DNA of 64,000 nt, taken from NCBI GenBank assembly GCA_963737905.1, contig CAVTUQ010000028.1, forward strand, positions 182,942 through 246,941. Direction: 5' to 3'. Of the stretch, positions 1 through 10,340 are shown one piece after another. The stretch is from an uncultured delta proteobacterium (GTDB lineage: Bacteria > Desulfobacterota > Binatia > UBA9968). The notes beneath the pieces were generated by a model. The model was not told the DNA's origin. It made no database searches and saw nothing but the letters and a program-made list of their open reading frames with translations. Position 1 is the first letter of the stretch, and every line of letters begins with the position of its first letter. The translations under genes and the position numbers were made by a program.

Positions 1-425
1 CCCTTGATACCGAACAGCTGAAACCTCCGCCGCGTGCTCTGCACCGAGTAGGAGGTGAGGTCGATCCCGGTATAGCTGCGGCAGTGCGGAGCAACGAGCT
101 GCGCGTGGCTGCCATTTCCAACCCCAATCTCCAAAACATCCCATTCTGACAGTTGCTCAAAGGGAATTAGCTCGTCAAACGGACGGAGCCGGGGCGGCAT
201 ATAGCGTGCTGCGTCGAAAAAGTGGCGTCGGTCAATCTCTGCGAAAAACTCAAACGAAAACTCCGGTGGCGAAATACGATCACGCCAGGTAGAGTCATAA
301 CGCATAGGATTGGATTCCCACGAGCGGTTACGTTCTTGCCATTCGGACTGTTGTGTGATCATCGGCTGAGCGATAGGGTAGTCAAATCCGTCTGGCAGTT
401 TATTTTCCGTGTTCATGCTACCCAT
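1..425 (-). CDS. Class I SAM-dependent methyltransferase, N-terminal part (runs off the window; apparent frameshift near nt 30)
   Basis: Manual translation MGSMNTENKLPDGFDY...WESNPMRYD...VLEIGVGNGSHAQL...YTGIDLT contains the SAM motif I; the expected continuation RRFQLFGIKG is in another frame. Confidence 0.7.
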   Translation of the reverse strand, partial: MGSMNTENKLPDGFDYPIAQPMITQQSEWQERNRSWESNPMRYDSTWRDRISPPEFSFEFFAEIDRRHFFDAARYMPPRLRPFDELIPFEQLSEWDVLEIGVGNGSHAQLVAPHCRSYTGIDLTSYSVQSTRRRFQLFGIK

Positions 426-559
426 GTCCCTCTGCTAAAGTTGAATAGGAGCCCAACCTACTCATTTCGAAGCTCACACGTGCGCTTCATTTCAATTGGA
501 AAAACGACGTTCTGTGCGTGAGTACGGTAATTAGAGGCGATCTCCAGGGAAGGCGCCAA

Positions 560-1990
560 TCAAGAAACACTCCGGCCCGCAAAGTGGATATATAACCGCG
601 AAAGCCCAATCCAGGCTAGCAAGGCATAATTGACCAGCACCAGTTCCAGCATGGATCGCACCCCGCCAAAAAGTGACATCGTCAGAGTGGCATATATGAT
701 GACGGCGCTAAAGGTCGCGCGCTGCGTCAGCAGTTGGCTCGCCACACCTGACAGTCTGCCGTAAAACCAGCCGCCCAATGCGATCCCAATGAAACCGGCT
801 GCCATATACAGTTCGCCGATTACCGAGGTAGACAATGAAACTCCTCTCGCCCCTGTTGCCGATGGTAAGTCAAAACCGGGATCTACCGGCTTGTCTGGCC
901 AGAACACCCGTGGGATCGGCCGAACCAGCACATAGACGAAGTACTTGTAATAGGTATGCGGATAGTAATCCGGGATCAATTCAATGATTTGGCACAACCG
1001 ATAAAAATTGTCATCAACGCGAAGGTGAGCCTGTTCTAAAATCGGTTCGTTCTTCTCGCTTTCAAAGAGCGCCGCCAGACCGACCCGCCGGTACTCCAGC
1101 ATTACTTGCAAAGAAAGCAGAAGCGCCGCGACTGCCGCAGCGCCGATGAGCAGGTGCTTGGTCCGAAGACGCTGCTCGGTCAGCGCCCAGGTAATAAAGG
1201 CTATACCGAAGACGACACCGATCACACGGCGGCTTCCGCTCTGTGATAGAAAGACCATCATGATGATGGCCATCGCGCCGCACAACAGAGTCCGAGCATT
1301 GCCCCAGCCGGCCCGACGGCCGACGATGACCGCAAGGGCTGGCAAGATATACCCAAAGTATTGCAACTGATCTAAAAACGCATCCCATCCTCCTAGTTGC
1401 CCGCGCCCCCACGGCGCCGCCCAACGACCTTGGCCTACGTAATACCACATTTCGGCCACGTCAAAGTTCGTCGGAATAGCGAACTTCAACATTCCCAGGA
1501 TAAACGCGGCAACTGCTAACGAAAAAAATGCCTGAGTCGAAAACTCTTCTGACACGGATCTGACAAGGGCGGCCGGCGCTCTCCACGGACGATAGGCAAC
1601 GGCTACCCATGATGCGACGACAAACAAACCGATGGCAATGAATGCGCTTTTAATCTGTTCCGGCGAGATCCCCCGCATCGGGTAAACTCCTTGCAACAGG
1701 TCCAAAAGCAGCCAATAGATCGGAGCCAACGCCAACAAATATTCGGCACGCAAGAGCGACTTCGGAGAGCGAATAGCTGCAGCCAATGGTGCCGCCGCCA
1801 GGCCAACGGCCATCAAGAGCGCCGAGAGGAACAAGGCTCCTTGTGGAGCTGGATCGTCCGGGATGAAACTGACCGCTAACAACGTACCCAAACCGGTCGC
1901 GACGATTCCCAGCTCCGCGTATTCTTGAGGTGCGGCGTGATCGGCAGCACTCTCAAGCGTGCCGGCGCCAGTGTAGACAGAGGACTGCAT
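560..1990 (-). CDS. Oligosaccharide repeat-unit polymerase (Wzy-like) multi-pass membrane protein
   Basis: 476 aa, about 11 hydrophobic segments, SQSGSRR and PIPRVFWPDKP / SVIGELY motifs typical of Wzy/O-antigen polymerases; lies in a polysaccharide locus. Confidence 0.7.
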   Translation of the reverse strand: MQSSVYTGAGTLESAADHAAPQEYAELGIVATGLGTLLAVSFIPDDPAPQGALFLSALLMAVGLAAAPLAAAIRSPKSLLRAEYLLALAPIYWLLLDLLQGVYPMRGISPEQIKSAFIAIGLFVVASWVAVAYRPWRAPAALVRSVSEEFSTQAFFSLAVAAFILGMLKFAIPTNFDVAEMWYYVGQGRWAAPWGRGQLGGWDAFLDQLQYFGYILPALAVIVGRRAGWGNARTLLCGAMAIIMMVFLSQSGSRRVIGVVFGIAFITWALTEQRLRTKHLLIGAAAVAALLLSLQVMLEYRRVGLAALFESEKNEPILEQAHLRVDDNFYRLCQIIELIPDYYPHTYYKYFVYVLVRPIPRVFWPDKPVDPGFDLPSATGARGVSLSTSVIGELYMAAGFIGIALGGWFYGRLSGVASQLLTQRATFSAVIIYATLTMSLFGGVRSMLELVLVNYALLAWIGLSRLYIHFAGRSVS

Positions 1991-2017
1991 TGATCTACAA
2001 ATTCAAAAGGGCGGAAG

Positions 2018-2236
2018 CTAAGGAGTCCACGCTAAATATCGTCGTTGAGGCCCGACCTTGCGGACATTTCGCGGAGGATACCAGGGTTTCGCAAAAACTT
2101 TCGTAACACAGTTGTGATCCCGTTGCCGGAGAGCTCGTCGCAGGATTACACCGTTCACGTTGTCACGCACTACATTGCCGCAAAACCTCGATGAAATAAC
2201 TGGAAGTTTCCACGCCTGAGCCTCCAACTGCGTCAA
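2018..2236 (-). pseudogene. GT4 glycosyltransferase C-terminal remnant
   Basis: TQLEAQAWKLPVISSRFCGNVVRDNVNGVIL matches the GT4 E-x-x-x-x-x-P-V-I region; no N-terminal part. Confidence 0.6.
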
Positions 2237-2382
2237 TTAGCCAACTTCCCTTAACGGCTCGAGGAAGACGTCTCTACGCCAACGGTCAACTACGGTTCTG
2301 TCATCATAATAAGCGAATGAATAGGCTCGTATTCATTTTGGACGAAGCAAGCGACGATGAGTTGTAATCGCTTACACGCGGG

Positions 2383-3408
2383 TCAAGACGAAGCTACTTG
2401 AGAGGATCGGAATCCATGGGAGGTCTTCACGGGCGGCAAAGAAACAGCGATATTCGACACCAATTGCGGTCCATGCTTTTTGAGCGAGCGGTGTAGTCGG
2501 TATATTCCCCGCGGCACGGGGCGCCGCTCTTTCCACCACACAAAGCAATCTACATACCCGCGCCCAATACCCTGGAACATGTTATTGTATCGCCGCACCT
2601 GGTACGCCGAAGCGAAGCCATTTAGCGTTGTGCCCAGAAGATGGATGGGGAAATAGGGCATCGGTACGTTATGCCAGGCAAACAAGATATCGTTACGGCG
2701 ACTGTAATAATCTATCCGCCGCAGATCACGTCGTGGCGACTCCATGTGGTGAATGGGATCAGCGTTGCCCAGCCGTGTCACGTAGCCGGCACTCATCATA
2801 CGTAGGCAAAGATCTCCTTCCTCGCCCATTATGAACAAGTGCTCGCGGAAACCTCCAACCTTTAGGAAAATGTCCCGACGGACAGCGTGAGCCGCGCCAA
2901 CAAATGCAAAAGTTACATAGATTCCCTTACTGTCCGGCGCGCGTTGTTGGATCTCGCGATCCTGCCTCACGTTGATGTAGGGTATACCTACTGCCCCAAT
3001 TCGATTATCAGAAAACTCACTTAGTGTTTGCTCAACAGTATTTTTCGAAACAAAAACTGTGTCATCGTCAATGGGAAAAACTACGTTGCACGATGCCAAT
3101 TCAATACCGCGGTTGCGCTGGAACGCTGGCCCGCGACCTGTGCCAAGCCGATGATAGCACACCTGCGGAAACTCTCGGTGAATCAATTCCGCAGTACCAT
3201 CGTTGCTGCCATCATCCATGACGTGGACTTCCACAGAAACGGTCTGTATAAGCACGGATTTTAACAAGTTGCGCAATTCATCCGCCCGATCTCGAGTCGG
3301 AATCACAATTGAGGCGAGCGGCTTGCTGTGCGGTGCCTTCGGCAATTCACCACAACCCCCTGTGAGCGCTTCAACTTCTACTGCCTGAAAGGAGTCGAAC
3401 TCGTTCAC
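2383..3408 (-). CDS. GT2 glycosyltransferase
   Basis: SIVIPTRDR...VMDDGSND...RNRG...PIDDD...GEEGDL motifs; intact 341 aa. Confidence 0.9.
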   Translation of the reverse strand: MNEFDSFQAVEVEALTGGCGELPKAPHSKPLASIVIPTRDRADELRNLLKSVLIQTVSVEVHVMDDGSNDGTAELIHREFPQVCYHRLGTGRGPAFQRNRGIELASCNVVFPIDDDTVFVSKNTVEQTLSEFSDNRIGAVGIPYINVRQDREIQQRAPDSKGIYVTFAFVGAAHAVRRDIFLKVGGFREHLFIMGEEGDLCLRMMSAGYVTRLGNADPIHHMESPRRDLRRIDYYSRRNDILFAWHNVPMPYFPIHLLGTTLNGFASAYQVRRYNNMFQGIGRGYVDCFVWWKERRPVPRGIYRLHRSLKKHGPQLVSNIAVSLPPVKTSHGFRSSQVASS

Positions 3409-3836
3409 ATCATCATCTCGCTATGAGCAATCGGCGCTCGCCCTTCAGTGATCAGTTTGGGCAACTCCAAAGACGATGGCCCAGCTCCGAAATCCAGATA
3501 ACCGGAGAGACCGGCCCGTTCCGTTGCTACTAGCCCACAGTCGTCCCAAACTTGCCTTTCACAGGGATCAATTGCGGTGTGTTGACCTTTTGGCTCCCTC
3601 CCCAAATCTCTGTGGCTCGCGGTAAAAACAAGAGCGGATCCGCCGAAGCTGAGGCCAACTTCCAGCGTTAACCGTGGTTTCAGCTCCATACTGAGGTTTC
3701 GCAAGGTGGCAAGATTGTTCTCACTCGAAAGCGCACCCAATTCTTTGAATGTTTTCTCAGTGCGTCCGACGGCTTAACGATTGCTCATCATAGCCTGTAG
3801 CTCCGGACAAAAACTGAATAATTACTTGGAAACCAT
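3405..3836 (-). pseudogene. Class I SAM methyltransferase remnant (two in-frame TAA stops, truncated C-terminus)
   Basis: From ATG 3836: MVSK*LFSFCPELQAMMSNR*AVGRTEKTFKELGALSSEN...TLEVGLSFGGSA...TAIDP; homology ends abruptly at ITEGR. Confidence 0.7.
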
Positions 3837-4030
3837 ATTCGAGCGCAAGCTTTTTAATGGTGTGACTTTATGAGCGCTATTCCGCTCACGACCACGATAC
3901 AGCCTAATACATGTTGTTTCCTGATGAATACAACCGAGTCTCGTGTTAATCCTGTTATAACAGTACGCGTTTCATCGCCACCGCGTCCGTGAAGGGCCTC
4001 CACTGAAAAATGTAAGGCAGATCGGGGTAA

Positions 4031-4738
4031 TCATTTGATTGCTTCGACATAAAGCGATTCTGGAGCTCGGTCCTCGGAATCCAATAGAAGTGAGGGATCG
4101 CCTCCGTTCATAAAACTACGATGTTCTACCGAGGAGAAGCCAGATTTGAGCAGGAAGTACCGGAGGGTCTCGAAGTCGTAGGCATAGAGATGACCGAAGT
4201 CTCTGAAGCACCGGTTGACATGCATTATCGCAGATATTGACTTATCGTCAGGACCCGGAAAAGTGACTCCTTTACCGTTTCGGGACTCTGAATATAGTTT
4301 CAAAAACAGCTCGCCGTCCGGAACGATCAGCCTCAATCTCCCCCTCTGTGAAAGAACACGTTGAAACTCGGGCAGGACGTGCTTCGTAACCAGGTCCAAC
4401 GGCAAGTGTTCCAAGCAGTGTTCTGTGTAGATCCCTTTTAAAGAACTCTCGGAAAACGGCAACCGCCACGTGAGATCCCACACAAGATTCACTCCAGGCT
4501 GCCAAATAAAGTCCAAATTCACATAGCCTTGAACTGGTTTCCTTCCACAACCCGCGTTAAGATATTTTGCATTCCGGATCGCCGACGACCAAATTTGCAA
4601 TGGATTTTGTCTCATACACCATGATAGACACTCAGACGCCATCCTCCCGAACGGCGCCAAAGTTTGCGAACGAGTGATCACAATTCGTTGATCCCAAATG
4701 CGCGATTTCCAATTCATGAAATATGGCACGTGATTCAA
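4031..4738 (-). CDS. SAM-dependent methyltransferase (Methyltransf_11-like)
   Basis: LNAGCG...DLTWRLPF...EHCLEHL...RVLSQRGRLRLIVPD...H.YAYD motifs. Confidence 0.8.
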   Translation of the reverse strand: MNHVPYFMNWKSRIWDQRIVITRSQTLAPFGRMASECLSWCMRQNPLQIWSSAIRNAKYLNAGCGRKPVQGYVNLDFIWQPGVNLVWDLTWRLPFSESSLKGIYTEHCLEHLPLDLVTKHVLPEFQRVLSQRGRLRLIVPDGELFLKLYSESRNGKGVTFPGPDDKSISAIMHVNRCFRDFGHLYAYDFETLRYFLLKSGFSSVEHRSFMNGGDPSLLLDSEDRAPESLYVEAIK

Positions 4739-5752
4739 AGTTTGCCTTTTTGCACCACTTTATTTCGTAGAGGCCTTGAGTTCTTCAGGTGTTCCACACC
4801 CAAACAAATTGTTTCTTTGTGGCCTGCGACCATCGGCGATGGTCTTGCTTCGGACACGTGGAGAGTGGATAGACACGCCAGCAGCGGGAAGCCAACGAGA
4901 TACCTGACGCGGCCCAACGCGGCGTTCCACGCGAACGTCGCTCGATACAATGCCCACGCTTCCCTATGGAGCCTCTGTTGCAAACAACCGAATGTCACCG
5001 GCCGGGTATGGCGGGTTAGAATCCGCCGCCGTTCCGTCGCCCGAGCCGACCCGCCTGGATACGCACTAGATTGTTCCGCTCCAACGTTGACCCACGCGCC
5101 GGCAAGCGTGCGCTGCAGGTTCTTGACCTCGCTTACCTGGTGCTCCCGATAAGCAAAAGTCACGGGGTTAGTGATCTGAACGAAGCCCGGGGCTACGCCC
5201 AATCTCAACGCTAGGTCAGCATCCTCCCCGTTTACATGCTCATCGGTGAAGCCGCCGACCGCCATAAACGTTTCTCGCCGTAGCACGAAGGAGGACACCC
5301 CAAACCAGCGCCACTCTTCCCCGGACGCAAGATAATCAGCGAATTGCTCGGCACGGACCGCTCCTTGACCTAGCTGTCTCCAGCTCGCTCTCATTCCAAA
5401 ACCAATGAGGTTTACCTGCAATAAAGCTCGGGCAATTCTCATTTCTAGCAAATTCCGCATAAACTTGCAGCGTCCACGGAAACCATAAATCATCGCTGTC
5501 AAGAAATGCGAGATACTCCCCTTTGGAGTGCCGCGCACCGAGATTGCGAGCGGCGCCTGGGCCACGATTGGGTTGCGTAAGAACAGTTATCTGGTTTTCC
5601 GACGATTTAAGATAATCTTGTGTTCCGTCCGTCGAACCATCGTCGACAACGATAACTTCATAGTCCTTGAAATCTTGAGCAAATACGGACTTGAGGGTCG
5701 CCTGCACGAGATGCACCCGATTGTATGTTGGTATGATGACTGAAAAGAGCAC
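4735..5752 (-). pseudogene. GT2 glycosyltransferase, frameshifted near 5370
   Basis: N-half (5336-5752: SVIIPTYNR, VVDDGSTD, FLDSDD) and C-half (GGFT...EDADLALRL) are in different frames. Confidence 0.8.
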
Positions 5753-5789
5753 GAATTGAGATTTCTCTTGGAACGTCTAAAACCTATGC

Positions 5790-6724
5790 TCAAGAGAGCA
5801 TTCGCTTCCACTGTGCGAGTGTTTCCCGCAGCGGAGAATCCCAAAGTCCGATAGAGTATGCGGTAGCGAAATCGTGCCGCGGCGCCACTAGGTACGAAGC
5901 CTGGCAGTGAGTGTTGGATTGTCGCCACGATGTCTGCTGCAAAATTTGGGTCATAAAGCCATGCGATACGAGCAATCTCAAACCGCGCTTGATTAATTGC
6001 CCGTAAGCGATTCTCTGTCATCTCGCTCTGCATACGCAGGAAATCTTCCGCGCGTTGCTCGATTTCCAAGCGCTGGCGATGCACCTCTGATATGTCACTC
6101 TTGCAGAGGGTGTGCTCGCTCCACTGCAGGTAAACTGCCCCGTTACTTGAATTGTAAGCAAACCGTTTCCCAGCCATGAGCAGGCGGAGATACAACTCAT
6201 CTCTTGGCAGCAAGGCTGGTCAGGCTTCCAGCCACCTACGTCAAGAATTGCCTGCTTCCGCCAGAAGGTGCTGTCCGTTTGGGGTAGATACCATCGTGTG
6301 AGAAGAACCCAAGGATCGTGAGGTTCAGGGATCGGCAACAGCTCACGAAGCACCTTGCTCGCTGTCCAGTGTTCCAACGTTACAGGTCCAAAAACAACAT
6401 CCATTTGGGGGTGCAGGGCAAGAAACTCCATCTGTTTTGTGACCTTGTTCGAAAGGAGGTAATCGTCTCATCCAGGTATTGCAGCCATTCACCCCTTGCA
6501 AGTTCGAGAAGGCGATTGCGCGCCGCGTTACCGCCGCGGTTAGGACCCGTTTCCCAGCGGATCCGGTCACCGAAACTTTTGATGACCTCCAGGCTTCCAT
6601 CGGTCGAACCATCGTCAACAACGATGACTTCTTTTTCAGGCCAGGTTTGTGCTAGCGCACTCTCGATTGCCTGAGCTATCCACCGTTCGGCTTTAAAGCA
6701 AGGAATAAGAATTGAAATGAGCAT
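5790..6724 (-). pseudogene. GT2 glycosyltransferase with three single-base indels (~6469, ~6205, ~5825)
   Basis: LISILIPC...VVDDGSTD...LQYLD|ADD, QE|HELY and the final ETLAQWKRMLS* are joined only by 1-nt shifts. Confidence 0.8.
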
Positions 6725-6859
6725 GTTTCCTATACTCTGCACATCTAGAAACAACTTGGACGTTACTACAGACCCGTGGGCGCAATCGCTATCGATAGTT
6801 GATATGTGCTCTTCTTCGATTTAATTGTCTTGGTAGCGGCAAATTACCCTGATCGTACA

Positions 6860-7601
6860 TCAGAGATCAAAACCGAATTCGTGACGTTTGGCCTGTGTTA
6901 AGTACCGGCTGTTCATCAGCCGGCGCATCAACCATCGTTTGCTCCGCATGGTCGATGACCAATGACCGGACCAATTTTCTCCTGAGTCCGTGGTATAAAC
7001 CACCGCAGCAAACGGTAGTGGATTTATCGGAATAGATAACGTCTTCAAGTAATCCACAACTAGATGATGCCCCTTGCTTAGTAGATAAAACTGACTCGAG
7101 TCTTCATGGAGCGATTTGGGAAGGTCCGCCCCAGTCACGTAGGAGACGCAGGAAGTGCCGCACACCGCATGAAAATCATGCAATTTCATAAGCCACTTTG
7201 ATCCGTATCCATTGACCCATCCCGTTTCACAATACCATGCACCCCCTGACTTCGCCCCCCCCACAAACTCCGTGAGCCTTCTACTAACCAAGTCATCAGC
7301 GTCCGCTTTCATCAACCACATGGGGGCGAACTGCCGACGCAAATAAGGCCCGCTTTAATTTTTACGTATTTGTCAAGCATCATTTCCTCTCGAGTCCCGG
7401 GCACTGGCGAATCAACACACTTAACAATTAAACGATGGTCCAATGGCAAATTCTCTGGCGGTTCGTGACAAGTAAGTAAGACTCTTACATCGGAATGCTC
7501 TTGGGCTAACATGGATTTTATTGAGCGCAGACAAAGATCCGAAGCTAACGCCAATCAGAGCATAGTTGTCGAGCTTTGAACGGAACTATGAAAACAAACA
7601 T
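6860..7601 (-). pseudogene. GT-A-fold glycosyltransferase-like protein, frameshifted
   Basis: MFVFIVPFKA... / LRSIKSMLAQ...LLTCHE...DKYVKI / WLMKADADDLVS (DxD) spread over three frames. Confidence 0.65.
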
Positions 7602-7686
7602 GGACTGAACTTAATCCTTAAGATTGTTTTTCATAAATCCCGAAGACAAGAAACATCTTTCGCCGAACTCCCTTGCTCGTGGCCAG

Positions 7687-8215
7687 TCAAGCACGCCCTC
7701 GTATGCTAAGTCTCGACTCGCCACCTTTTCCGTCCGATTCGCTTCCGCCACAGGGAGTTGCCCGTCGCGGTAGATACCACCGCGCCAAGAGAATCCATTG
7801 GATCCTGTGACTCAGGTATGGGCAGAGCATTTGCAACGCGCATTCCTCTCGCTCCAATGCTCTACGGTCACAGGTCGTAAACGATATCCGCATTAGGGTT
7901 CATTGCCAAAAAGTCCATCTGGTATGAAATTTTCTGCGGCATCAATAGTCATCGGCGTCAAGATATTGGATCCACTCGCCGCACGCGAGTTCCAACAGCC
8001 GATTACGTGCAGCGCTGCCCCCGCGGGTTGGACCCGTCTCCAGGGGATTTGAAGCTCAAACCTTTGATAACCTTCAAACTGCCATCGGTCGACCCGTCAT
8101 CACCACAATGACTTCCTTTTACACTGTCTTTGCAATAGTGCGCTTTCAATCGCCTGCGTCATCCACCGATCCGCGTTGTAGCAAGGGATGAGGACCAATA
8201 CGACGGGCAAAGCTA
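7687..8215 (-). pseudogene. Heavily degraded paralog of the 5790-6724 GT2
   Basis: Reverse strand gives VLIPCYNADRWMTQAIESAL, EVIVV.DGSTDGSL, ETGPTRGGSAARNRLLELACGEWIQYLDADDY and WILLARWYLP in shifting frames. Confidence 0.75.
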
Positions 8216-8245
8216 TCGCCTTAGCGGCAAAACTGGCGACTCACT

Positions 8246-8920
8246 TCATCGCTTCCACACATAGCGAAAGTTACTCCAGTGGGGCTTGTCGTGGCCTGAG
8301 AGCATCGAATCCCGCGATACGTTGACGCTGGACCTATGAACTTCTGAGAACCCTGCTTCTATCAATCGTGTTTCCGCCGTCTCCCAGTCCCACGCGCTAC
8401 GATGACGGTTAAATTTGTTGTCACGGAAACCGTAATCGATCATCTCAAGAGGCGTTCTTACTGAAAGCGTCTGCATAGCATGATCAGGATATAGTTTGAA
8501 GATTTGCTGGCGCCTACTCTCATCCGGATCAAGAAAAATACGGAGAAAAACCTGAAGGTCCGGGACGACCATGCGAAAAACGCCCGCTGGCTTCAGGATG
8601 CGGTGACACTCACGAGCTAGTTTAAACACGTCTTCGTAGGAGAGGTGCTCTACCACGTGATGTGCATAGATACCGGACCAAGTCTTGTCAGGGAATGGGA
8701 GAGGAAAACGCAGGTCAAGCCGTGCCTCAGCTTCTTCATTGAAAAAGAAGTCAGAATTAAGAAATCCTCCAATCTGCTCTGGCCGCTGCCCAATTGCAGA
8801 TATCTCTTGCCGCCGGTGTCAAGCCAATTGGAGCTCAGAATCCTACCCTTGAAGGCGGTAAGCTCAAAACGCAAGGCATCCAATGAATCCAAAAGGTGAG
8901 GCTCAATCCAGTTTCGGGGG
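8246..8920 (-). pseudogene. SAM methyltransferase, frameshifted (paralog of 4031-4738)
   Basis: YLQLGSG in one ORF; VEHLSYED...HRILKPAGVFRMVVPD...HRSAWD in the next. Confidence 0.7.
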
Positions 8921-8948
8921 TGGAATCATCGTGACTATGGGTACAGAT

Positions 8949-9362
8949 TTAGTCGACCGCGCCTATTTCGCCCATCAAAAACGCATCCTCAGTGTTACTT
9001 GGAACATGTAGCGTGCGCGTCAATCCATTCAACCAACCTAGTTGCGGAGGCATCGAATCTACGTCATTGACGTTTACGACCATGATGTGACTTGCGGCAG
9101 GCATATAGTCCGATGGACACCTTTTTCCATGTATCATCCATCCGTTTCCCCAGATGGATCTCGGAATCGGCGAAATTTCGTCTTAGAGCGCGCAGGGCAG
9201 GATGTTTCGGCACACCCTTTCGACATTCATTGCATCCAGGAAAACCTGAAAGTCTGACTTGGCCTGGCAAACGATCGACTGAAAGCAGAGAACTGCCAAT
9301 GCTGGGACGCGATCCAGTTCTTGACAATGCTGGACTTTGAAGGCAACAATGTAAGTCAGCAT
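8949..9362 (-). pseudogene. Degraded paralog of the 6860-7601 GT-like gene
   Basis: MLTYIVAFK / SIVCQAKSDFQVFL / GCNE / MDDTWKKVSIGL / SHIMVVNVND align in order with the 6860-7601 motifs. Confidence 0.5.
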
Positions 9363-9565
9363 GGACTCACGGAACGAACAGACTATATTGCAACCATTCT
9401 ATTGATTTGGAAGTTTCTCATGTACGGCACCGACAAATCCAGTAAACAAAATCTTGACACATTAGATGTTTTTCGGAGTCGAGAAACCATGCACGTTCTA
9501 CAGCGGATGAGCAATCGCGGGTTACGCATCGGAGCGCAGGTCCGGCTCCAAAGCCTCTTGAAAAC

Positions 9566-10300
9566 TTAGCCGCAGTTGGTGGTCTTTTGCCAGCAGCCAG
9601 TCGGCCGGAATTCCCAAATGAACGGTCCAGGCCCGGTCAAATTGAGCGACTTCCACTTCAGGCGCTTCGTCTCTCGCAAGACCCACTGGTATCTCTCACG
9701 GTCGAAATCGTCAACAATCAGGTAACCGCCTGGTTTGATCTTCGGTATGGCATGCATAGCACATGATGACCGGCAGCGGCCGTCGACCTGAACCACATCA
9801 AAGTAATCGTCTGGGAAACGGTCGATGATGGCTGCATAATCCTTGAACGAAAGCCCTGCATAGGCTTCTGCCGCCGAGGCATAGGTCGTCGGATCGCTAG
9901 GGCGCGGAACGCTCCCGTCGCGTCTTTCGGACGGTAAAACTATAAAAAGCTGCCATGATGGATGCTGGAGGCTGCCCATAGAAACCTGAATATCTCGCGC
10001 CCAGTTGGGGTCGTGCTCGACCGAGACCAGGTTACGCACTCGACGGGCGAAAAAAAGCGTAGAGCCACCGACACCCCATTCAAAGACGCGCATGTCAGGA
10101 GCTAGAACACGGTTCAAAAAATCAATTCCTGCATACGTTATCCATGGCAACTCCTGCTCGGCGGGCGTGGTATACAAGCTGCGGTACCATTTCGGAAACG
10201 ATCCGATCATCCTCGGCAACGACTGCCCCGCTCGCCCCTGGCAAGAAAGTTTAATGGCTTCCCTAAAATAATAATCAAGCCGAATGGCGAATTGCTTCAT
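9566..10300 (-). CDS. Class I SAM-dependent methyltransferase
   Basis: PWITY...VFEWGVGGST...SVEHD...FDVVQVDGRCR...IKPGGYLIVDD; start chosen downstream of the wzt stop. Confidence 0.75.
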   Translation of the reverse strand: MKQFAIRLDYYFREAIKLSCQGRAGQSLPRMIGSFPKWYRSLYTTPAEQELPWITYAGIDFLNRVLAPDMRVFEWGVGGSTLFFARRVRNLVSVEHDPNWARDIQVSMGSLQHPSWQLFIVLPSERRDGSVPRPSDPTTYASAAEAYAGLSFKDYAAIIDRFPDDYFDVVQVDGRCRSSCAMHAIPKIKPGGYLIVDDFDRERYQWVLRETKRLKWKSLNLTGPGPFIWEFRPTGCWQKTTNCG

Positions 10301-10340
10301 TGAAGCTAGACCCATAAAACCAACCATTGCCTCCAAATGC

